Source of the DNA: Chthoniobacterales bacterium
Lineage (GTDB): Bacteria; Verrucomicrobiota; Verrucomicrobiia; Chthoniobacterales; DASVRZ01
Reading direction: 5' to 3'
Assembly: GCA_038228695.1 (NCBI GenBank)
Contig: JBBRPA010000007.1
Location: 8,263 to 72,262 of the forward strand
DNA: 64,000 bases
Positions within the stretch are counted from its first letter, which is position 1. The number at the start of each line of letters is the position of its first letter. Shown in pieces: positions 58,040-64,000 of the stretch. A model generated the notes under the pieces. That model did not search any database. It was given only the letters and a program-made list of their open reading frames with translations, and was not told the DNA's origin. The translations under genes and the position numbers were made by a program.

Positions 58040-58110
58040 TTACCGCGCATGGATTCGAACCATGAATAAAGCCTCCAAAGGGCTCTGTGTTACCGTTACA
58101 CCACGCGGCA
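58040..58110 (-). tRNA. tRNA-Gln (anticodon UUG)
   Basis: I folded it by hand from the reverse complement. The acceptor is UGCCGCG/CGCGGUA with the U1-A72 pair typical of tRNA-Gln. The D arm is GUGU-AACGGUA-ACAC. The anticodon arm is GAGCC-CUUUGGA-GGCUU. The T arm is CAUGG-UUCGAAU-CCAUG. CCA is not encoded. Confidence 0.9.
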
Positions 58111-58206
58111 GTAGGTTTTCAGGATAATTTCAAACCGCCCATTTGCAAGTCCCGCCAGAAAAATTCTCCGTGCCCTTCTTCCCGGCTGCGGCTAGGTTTT
58201 CTGCCC

Positions 58207-58872
58207 ATGTCCGCCCACCTTGTCGCTGAAAATCTGCGCCGCTCGTTTAAGATCGGTCCGCGCAAGATCGACGTTTTACGCGGAATCACCCTCGAAATCA
58301 GCCGGGGCGAGTCGGTCTTTCTGGTTGGCGCGTCCGGCGCCGGAAAGACCACTCTTCTCTACACCCTCGCTGGTCTGGAGCGACCCGAGGCTGGCACCGT
58401 CACGCTCGACGGCACCCCGCTTTACACCGGGAGCGAAAACGCCCTCGCCCGCCTGCGCAACCAGCAGATGGGTTTCGTTTTTCAGAGTTATTTTTTGCTC
58501 CCCGAACTGACCGCGTTGGAAAACGTCCTCGTCCCAGCCATGATCCGCGGCACCAACGCCCGGGATCGCGCCCTCTCCCTGCTCGAAACCGTCGGTCTCG
58601 CCGATCGACACCACCATTTACCCACCGAGCTTTCTGGCGGCGAACAACAGCGCGTCGCCATCGCCCGCGCCCTCATCAACGACCCCGGCATTCTCTTCGC
58701 CGACGAACCGACCGGCAACCTCGATAGCACGACCGGCGGCGGAATCATGGATTTACTCCTTGCCCTTGTCCGCGAACGGGCGAAAACATTAGTCGTCGTC
58801 ACCCATGACGCCCGCCTCGCCGCCCGTGGCGATCGCAAACTGGAGGTCGCCGACGGAATTTTGAAAAACTAG
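58207..58872 (+). CDS. ABC transporter ATP-binding protein (LolD/MacB-type)
   Basis: I chose the ATG at 58207; the upstream extension in the ORF track overlaps tRNA-Gln. It has Walker [10 protein letters not shown], signature [15 protein letters not shown] and Walker [13 protein letters not shown]. No adjacent permease gene is present. Confidence 0.85.
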   Translation: MSAHLVAENLRRSFKIGPRKIDVLRGITLEISRGESVFLVGASGAGKTTLLYTLAGLERPEAGTVTLDGTPLYTGSENALARLRNQQMGFVFQSYFLLPELTALENVLVPAMIRGTNARDRALSLLETVGLADRHHHLPTELSGGEQQRVAIARALINDPGILFADEPTGNLDSTTGGGIMDLLLALVRERAKTLVVVTHDARLAARGDRKLEVADGILKN

Positions 58873-58884
58873 CACCGCAAATCC

Positions 58885-59757
58885 ATGAAAATCTATCTCG
58901 ACGGCCAATTCCTCGATCAGGAAAACGCCAAAATCTCCGTCTTCGACCACGGCCTCCTTTACGGTGACGGCATTTTCGAGGGCATCCGCTTTTACAACGA
59001 CCGCGTCTTCCGCCTCGACGAACACATCGACCGCCTCTGGGATTCCGGCGCTGCGATCATGCTCACCATCCCCTGCACCAAAGCGGAGATGATCGAAAAT
59101 ACCCTGGAAACCATCCGCCAGAACAACCTCCACGAAGGCTACATCCGCCTCGTCGTCACGCGTGGCGTCGGCAGCCTCGGCCTCAGCCCGAGCCTTTGCC
59201 CGAAAGCCACCGTCTTTATCATCGCCGCCGCCATCAGCCTATACCCCGCCGAGGCCTACGAGAAGGGCCTGATCGTCGTGACCACCGGCACGCGCCGCAT
59301 CGGGCCTGCTGCTTTGCCGCCGACCGTCAAATCGCTCAATTACCTCAACAACATCCTCGCCAAAATCGAGGCCAACAACGCCGGCGCAGGCGAGGGCCTG
59401 ATGCTCAACGAGCAGGGCTACGTCGCCGAGTGCACCGGGGATAACATTTTTGCGATCAAGAACGGTAAAATCATCACCCCGTCGGCCAGCGCGGGCGCTC
59501 TTTGCGGCATCACGCGGCAAGCCGCGATCGACATCTGTGGCGAATTTGAGATCCCAGTGTCCGAACCCCAAATCACCCGTTACGACCTCTACACCGCCGA
59601 CGAAATCTTCCTCACTGGCACGGCAGCGGAAGTCATTCCGGTCATCAAACTCGACGCTCGCACGATTGGAGACGGCACCCCTGGCCCGATCACGAAAAAG
59701 CTCATCGCCCGCTTCCGCGAACTAGCCAATACCACCGGAACGCCGATTTATAAGTAA
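58885..59757 (+). CDS. ilvE: branched-chain-amino-acid aminotransferase (class IV PLP aminotransferase)
   Basis: 290 aa with FDHGLLYGDGIFEGIR and EGYIRLVVTRG. The catalytic Lys context is TVKSLNYLNNILAK, and ECTGDNIF is present. Confidence 0.85.
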   Translation: MKIYLDGQFLDQENAKISVFDHGLLYGDGIFEGIRFYNDRVFRLDEHIDRLWDSGAAIMLTIPCTKAEMIENTLETIRQNNLHEGYIRLVVTRGVGSLGLSPSLCPKATVFIIAAAISLYPAEAYEKGLIVVTTGTRRIGPAALPPTVKSLNYLNNILAKIEANNAGAGEGLMLNEQGYVAECTGDNIFAIKNGKIITPSASAGALCGITRQAAIDICGEFEIPVSEPQITRYDLYTADEIFLTGTAAEVIPVIKLDARTIGDGTPGPITKKLIARFRELANTTGTPIYK

Positions 59758-59822
59758 TTTCGGGGACGCAACAACCCGCTTGTCATCGGGCGTTTCCGGT
59801 TTATTATCTTTTCCACCAAAAC

Positions 59823-59895
59823 GGCGCATTCGACTAGTCGGTTAGGTCACAGCCCTCTCAAGGCTGGTGGACGGGTTCGAGTCCCGTATGCGCTA
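59823..59895 (+). tRNA. tRNA-Glu (anticodon CUC)
   Basis: Hand-folded. The acceptor is GGCGCAU/AUGCGCU (G1-U72 wobble). The D arm is GACU-AGUCGGUUA-GGUC. The anticodon arm is CAGCC-CUCUCAA-GGCUG. It has a 4-nt variable loop. The T arm is ACGGG-UUCGAGU-CCCGU. CCA is not encoded. Confidence 0.85.
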
Positions 59896-59908
59896 CTTTT
59901 TCCTATCC

Positions 59909-59983
59909 GGCGGGGTAGCCAAGTGGTAAGGCAGGGCTCTGCAAAAGCCCTATTCAGGGGTTCGATTCCCCTCCCCGCCTCCA
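59909..59983 (+). tRNA. tRNA-Cys (anticodon GCA), CCA encoded
   Basis: Hand-folded. The acceptor is GGCGGGG/CCCCGCC. The anticodon arm is GGGCU-CUGCAAA-AGCCC. The T arm is AGGGG-UUCGAUU-CCCCU. The discriminator is U73, followed by an encoded CCA. Confidence 0.9.
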
Positions 59984-60011
59984 GTTTTGGGCTGTTTGTG
60001 ATTTCCCAAAC

Positions 60012-61937
60012 GTGACTTCGCTGCCAAATACAAAACCCATCCTCTCTCCGGCGATCGTCCTTCTCGTTGTGCTCGTGCTGCTGGCGGCGTATGCCAACCA
60101 TTTCCAAAATGCTTTCCATTTCGACGATTCGCATACGATCGAAAACAACCTCGCCATCCGTGACCTCGCCAATATCCCGCGCTTTTTTCGCGATGCGACG
60201 ACCTTTAGTTCCCTGCCGAGCAACCAATCTTACCGTCCGCTCGTCTCCACCCTGCTCGCGGTCAGCTACGCGCTCGGCGGCGGCCTAACCCCGGTCTGGT
60301 TTCACCTCCCGATTTTCCTCCTCCATGTCGCGGTCGTCCTGCTGCTAGTCGTCGTCCTTAAGTCTCTGCTCGACGCAGTCCATCCGGCGGCGCCCAATGC
60401 TCCGATCGCTCTCCTCGCCGCGATCGGCTTTGGTCTGCATCCAGCTAACGCGGACACGGTTAACTACATCATCGCCTCCTCCGACGTGCTCTCCACGTTG
60501 GGCATCCTTGCGTCTTTTGCGCTCTACCTAACGGTCCCGGGCTCACGCAAGTTTTCGCTTTTTGTCCTCCCTGCCGCGATGGCCGTGCTGGCCAAACCAC
60601 CCGCCGCCATCTTCGCTCTGCTCTTCGCTTTTTACAGCCTGCTCTTTCTAAAAAACCCGAAACCTGCCGGTTGGCGCGAACATCTTAACCAACTGCTCCC
60701 AGCGTTTGCCTGGTGCGGCGCAGCGGTCTGGCTTGTCCAAATCATGACGCCCCACACGTGGGTCGCGGGCGGGGTCAATACCCACGATTATCTCATCACC
60801 CAACCGTATGTCGCGGCGGTTTATTTTCGGACCTTTTTTTTCCCGTACGACCTGAGCGCGGATTACGATCTGACGCCGTTCGCGAGTGTGGCGACGGCGA
60901 ACTTTTGGATCGGAGCAATTTTCTTAACGATGATTCTGGCGACAACGGTCGCCCTCTGTCGGCGGCCGGAGACACGCGTGATCGGGTTCGGACTCGGTTG
61001 GTTTGTCATCGGTCTGCTGCCAACTTCGCTCCTGCCGCTGGCCGAGGTGATGAACGATCACCGCACGTTTCTCCCGTATGCGGGCCTCGTGATTTCACTC
61101 GCTGGCCTCGTGGCACTAGTCTCGCAAAAATGGCCCGGGCCGGTCACGCGCCGGAGGATTTTTCTTGCGACCCTCGTGATCCTAACCGCCGCTGGGGTTA
61201 GCACCTATCAACGTAATAAAATCTGGCGGACCGAGGAATCGCTCTGGCGCGATGTGACCATTAAAAGCCCCCGCAACGGACGCGGCCTAATGAATTATGG
61301 CAATGTCCTCATGGCTCGGGGCGATTACGCCGGGGCGCGCGATTATTTTCTCCGAGCGCTTCAATTCGCACCGCGCTATCCGACCTTGTTTATCAATCTC
61401 GCCGTGCTCGACGCCGCGACTGGACGGATCAACGAGGCCGAAGACCGCTTCGTAACCGCTTTGCAACTCGCCCCGGCGAATCCGGAAAGTTACACCTTTT
61501 ACGGCCGCTTTCTGATGGAAAAAAATCGCTCCGCAGAAGCGGTTACTTTTTTGGAAAAAGCCCTCGCGCTCAGTCCCGACGATGCCATGGCGCGGGATCT
61601 TTTACCGAAAGGCCGCGCGTCTGCCACCGCGCATCCGCCGACACCCGACTCGCTGCTCGCGCTCAGTTTGCAATACGATCGCATGGGCCGTTATACCGAC
61701 TCCATTGCTGTCTGCCGCGAGGCGCTTGCGCTCCGTTCCAATTTTCCAGCAGCGTGGAATAACATCGGCTCTGCGCTCAATCAACTGGGCCGGTTTAGCG
61801 AGGCGGCCGACGCCCTTGAAGAAGCTCTCCGACTGAAGCCCGACTTCGTCCTCGCCCGGAATAATTTGCAATACGCCCGCGCCCAAGCCCGGGCCGTGGC
61901 GCCCAAGATTTCCGCACCTTCTCCTAGCGATAAGTAG
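60012..61937 (+). CDS. polytopic membrane protein with C-terminal TPR repeats (PMT/ArnT-like glycosyltransferase-fold candidate)
   Basis: 641 aa with a GTG start. The N-terminal FHFDD motif is followed by about 11 TM helices. The C-terminal roughly 230 aa are TPR repeats (GDYAGARDYFLRALQFAPRY..., AWNNIGSALNQLGRFSEAADALEEALRLKPDF). Confidence 0.65.
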   Translation: MTSLPNTKPILSPAIVLLVVLVLLAAYANHFQNAFHFDDSHTIENNLAIRDLANIPRFFRDATTFSSLPSNQSYRPLVSTLLAVSYALGGGLTPVWFHLPIFLLHVAVVLLLVVVLKSLLDAVHPAAPNAPIALLAAIGFGLHPANADTVNYIIASSDVLSTLGILASFALYLTVPGSRKFSLFVLPAAMAVLAKPPAAIFALLFAFYSLLFLKNPKPAGWREHLNQLLPAFAWCGAAVWLVQIMTPHTWVAGGVNTHDYLITQPYVAAVYFRTFFFPYDLSADYDLTPFASVATANFWIGAIFLTMILATTVALCRRPETRVIGFGLGWFVIGLLPTSLLPLAEVMNDHRTFLPYAGLVISLAGLVALVSQKWPGPVTRRRIFLATLVILTAAGVSTYQRNKIWRTEESLWRDVTIKSPRNGRGLMNYGNVLMARGDYAGARDYFLRALQFAPRYPTLFINLAVLDAATGRINEAEDRFVTALQLAPANPESYTFYGRFLMEKNRSAEAVTFLEKALALSPDDAMARDLLPKGRASATAHPPTPDSLLALSLQYDRMGRYTDSIAVCREALALRSNFPAAWNNIGSALNQLGRFSEAADALEEALRLKPDFVLARNNLQYARAQARAVAPKISAPSPSDK

Positions 61938-62400
61938 CCGAACCAGCCGTCGCGCCATTGGGTTCGCGGAGACTCACACTTCGTCCGTTTGTGCTCGTCG
62001 TAGCGCGAATCGATCCGTTGGGATTGCGAAAGGTCGCCCGGTCATCGGAACCACTGGCGGTGCAGGCGGTTGAACCATTGGCGTTGCGGAAAGTCTGGGA
62101 GCTCCCCTGCGTGCTAGCGGTGCTCACGATCGATCCGTTACTGGAGCGAAAAGTTGTCCGATTGCCGGAACTATCCGCCGTCGCCGCGATCGAGCCATTT
62201 GCGGCCCGAATCGTGGTCCGCCCGCCGCTGCTGCTGGAAGTGTAAAGAACGGACCCGTTGGCTGAGCGGAGCGTCGCATTTTTTCCGGTCATTACGGCCA
62301 GCTGCTCGCAAGTTGGCGGGTCCCCGGCTCGCAGGGTGACTAACATGCAGAGAAAAAAACATGCGCTGAAAATTATCCGGATCATACTTTCTTCGACCAC
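61924..62400 (-). CDS. secreted protein made of about 5.7 tandem 20-aa repeats (R..NGS......S.G.RTTF)
   Basis: 158 aa with a signal peptide (IIFSACFFLCMLVTLRA). The repeats are RSANGSVLYTSSSSGGRTTI, RAANGSIAATADSSGNRTTF, RSSNGSIVSTASTQGSSQTF, RNANGSTACTASGSDDRATF, RNPNGSIRATTSTNGRSVSL and REPNGATAGSATYR. Confidence 0.6.
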   Translation of the reverse strand: MVEESMIRIIFSACFFLCMLVTLRAGDPPTCEQLAVMTGKNATLRSANGSVLYTSSSSGGRTTIRAANGSIAATADSSGNRTTFRSSNGSIVSTASTQGSSQTFRNANGSTACTASGSDDRATFRNPNGSIRATTSTNGRSVSLREPNGATAGSATYR

Positions 62401-62457
62401 CGCTTCCGCAATTTATTCAAATCCCGATGTGGCGCGGGTTGTGTCATAGCCTGCCCT

Positions 62458-63354
62458 GTGCGAGAGAAACCCACCTTGTCCACCTCGACCGCGCTGCATC
62501 GAACCCCGTTTCTTCTCCGCCTTGGCGAATTCGTCCGCTTTTCGCATACCGTTTTTGCTCTGCCCTTCGCCCTCATCGCTTTCCTCGTTGCCACAAGCGG
62601 AAAAATCCCGCTCCCACTCCTCGGCTGGGTGCTCTTGTGCATGGTCGCCGCCCGCACCGCCGCGATGTGCTTCAACCGCCTCGCAGACTGGGAGATCGAC
62701 AAAAAAAACCCACGCACTGTCCGACGCCACACTCTCATCGCAAAGCCAATCGGTTGGCTCATCCTCGCGCTCAGCCTCACCGTCCTTTTCCTTGCCGCCT
62801 CGCGTATCAATCGCCTCAGCCTCGCCCTGAGCCCACTGATGGTTGCGGTCATCTTTTTTTACTCCCTTACGAAACGCTTTACTGCCTACTCCCATTTCTT
62901 CCTCGGCCTCGCACTCTGCCTAGCCCCGATTGGCGCGTGGATGGCTGTGACCGGGGAAATGCGCTCGCTCGTTCCGTATCTGCTCGGCGCGGCAGTACTC
63001 TGCTGGACGTTTGGGTTCGACCTCATCTACTCCACGATGGACGCCGAGTTCGACCGGGCGGCGGGACTGTTTAGTTTTCCATCGCGTTACGGCATTCCGG
63101 CTGCGCTACGCCTAGCCCGCGCGCTCCATGTCGTCGCGTTCTTCGGGTTTGCCGCCTTCGGCTGGCTAGCGCACCTCGGCTGGGCCTACACGGCGGCCTG
63201 CGCTTTCACGCTTTACCAACTGGCCGTGGAACATCGCCACGCAAAAAATCCCGACCCCAGCTCGATCAACAAAGCCTTCTTCGAAGCCAACGCCTTCGTC
63301 AGCCTCGCTCTGCTCGCGGGCACTTGCTTCGATATTTTTCTCCTTCGCAGCTAG
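62458..63354 (+). CDS. UbiA-family aromatic prenyltransferase (4-hydroxybenzoate polyprenyltransferase / menaquinone-type)
   Basis: 298 aa with a GTG start and about 8 TM helices. Asp-rich motifs are present: NRLADWEIDKKNPRT and FDLIYSTMDAEFD. Confidence 0.8.
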   Translation: MREKPTLSTSTALHRTPFLLRLGEFVRFSHTVFALPFALIAFLVATSGKIPLPLLGWVLLCMVAARTAAMCFNRLADWEIDKKNPRTVRRHTLIAKPIGWLILALSLTVLFLAASRINRLSLALSPLMVAVIFFYSLTKRFTAYSHFFLGLALCLAPIGAWMAVTGEMRSLVPYLLGAAVLCWTFGFDLIYSTMDAEFDRAAGLFSFPSRYGIPAALRLARALHVVAFFGFAAFGWLAHLGWAYTAACAFTLYQLAVEHRHAKNPDPSSINKAFFEANAFVSLALLAGTCFDIFLLRS

Positions 63355-64000
63355 CTCCGCTTCGCGTAATAACGCCAGTCCAGTTGCGGAAACAAATTAT
63401 CCCGCTCTTCGCAGAAAATTAGGAAATTCAGATCCATCGTCCCGGCCTGCAACTGCTCGTAAAGCCGCGTGAACCGCAGCACGTGATCCGTCGTGCGCCG
63501 CTTCGAATAATCCCGCGCCGTGCCCGTCTTCATCAGGAACGCCCAGTCGCTGCTCTGCGCCAGCAATAACTCCCGCGCCATCTGACGCAGCATCCGAATC
63601 GTCATCGCATCTTCCGTCGAGAAATAGGTCGTCGCCATTTCCGTCATCCGCTGCGCCGCCACGTGCAAGTGCGGATAAATCCAGGCGTTGCTCTCGTCCA
63701 ACCAGACTTCCCAGTAACCCTTATGCCCCCAGCTCGAGGCCGACGGAATCACCATCTGTTGCGTCGGATGATCCTCCAGATAACGACCCGGTGTGGTCAG
63801 TTCGAAGACGCGCTGATCGCAGCCCGCTTTGCGCAGAAACAGATCGAGAAATTCCACTCCCTCGTGCCACCAGTGACCGAAAAGTTCCGCGTCAAAAGGC
63901 GTCACCACCAGCGGCTCGATGTTCGTTCCCGCTAGTAATTTTTCAAACTGCTCCACCCTCGCCCGGAGGAAATCCGTCGCATGCGCATCCGCCGCGCCGA
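63351..64000 (-). CDS. GH57-family alpha-glucan enzyme (DUF1957 C-terminal region), C-terminal part only; gene runs off the right edge
   Basis: TPFDAELFGHWWHEGVEFL is the GH57 catalytic-region motif. I checked that the frame stays open from 63956 to 64000 (...GAADAHATDFLRARVEQFEKLL), so the M at 63956 in the ORF track is an internal GTG/Val. Confidence 0.7.
   Translation of the reverse strand, partial: GAADAHATDFLRARVEQFEKLLAGTNIEPLVVTPFDAELFGHWWHEGVEFLDLFLRKAGCDQRVFELTTPGRYLEDHPTQQMVIPSASSWGHKGYWEVWLDESNAWIYPHLHVAAQRMTEMATTYFSTEDAMTIRMLRQMARELLLAQSSDWAFLMKTGTARDYSKRRTTDHVLRFTRLYEQLQAGTMDLNFLIFCEERDNLFPQLDWRYYAKRS

Noticed and set aside
58087-58206. Upstream extension of the ABC ATPase ORF
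   Set aside because: It overlaps the hand-folded tRNA-Gln on the opposite strand. The ATG at 58207 gives a normal N-terminus ([14 protein letters not shown]).
61958-62300. Tandem 60-nt DNA periodicity, considered as a CRISPR or satellite array
   Set aside because: The repeats are imperfect, contiguous with no spacers, and in frame within a signal-peptide ORF. They are coding repeats, not a CRISPR array.

Overview
This is a 64-kb, gene-dense chromosomal segment with about 58% GC where I counted. It has no rRNA, CRISPR array, integrase or transposase. Gene content and protein style suggest a Verrucomicrobiota/Opitutae-like organism, but that is a low-confidence inference. Most calls rest on motif recognition by eye, and all alignments were done manually from remembered family motifs.

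Main content, in order:
- 1-10650 (-): an 11-gene respiratory operon. It holds Alternative Complex III (actABCDEF), a 126-aa membrane ORF, a cbb3-like ccoN/ccoO pair and a truncated CcoP-like gene.
- An Mpv17-like membrane protein and a NUDIX hydrolase.
- An ammonium transporter preceded by a 545-bp structured leader.
- RNase P RNA (rnpB, minus strand). Its 3' end and terminator are duplicated about 1 kb away, and the two copies bracket a secreted SNase-ComEA-type nuclease gene.
- Transaldolase.
- A three-gene signalling operon: REC-DUF4388 response regulator, Roadblock-like protein and an H-box pseudo-kinase.
- A glycan-modification cluster with three sulfotransferase domains. One of them is in a 1177-aa sulfotransferase/coiled-coil/GT2/GT4 fusion.
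- leuS and rdgB.
- A double-length (1845-aa, four ABC modules) UvrA-like protein.
- A split ada(Zn)/ogt pair.
- A KS plus catalytically dead KS pair.
- Housekeeping genes: corA, tatC, ilvE, a PduO-type adenosyltransferase and a GlcD-like oxidase.
- An S1/P1 nuclease.
- A CDP-hexose tailoring cassette.
- tRNA-Gln, tRNA-Glu and tRNA-Cys.
- A UbiA-type prenyltransferase and a truncated GH57 gene at the right edge.

The observations I rate highest:
- The CcoN-like subunit appears to lack most canonical metal ligands.
- The rnpB 3'-end duplication flanks a nuclease gene.
- The sulfotransferase/coiled-coil/polymerase fusion may be a sulfate-capping molecular ruler.
- The UvrA-like protein is a covalent tandem of two complete UvrA units.
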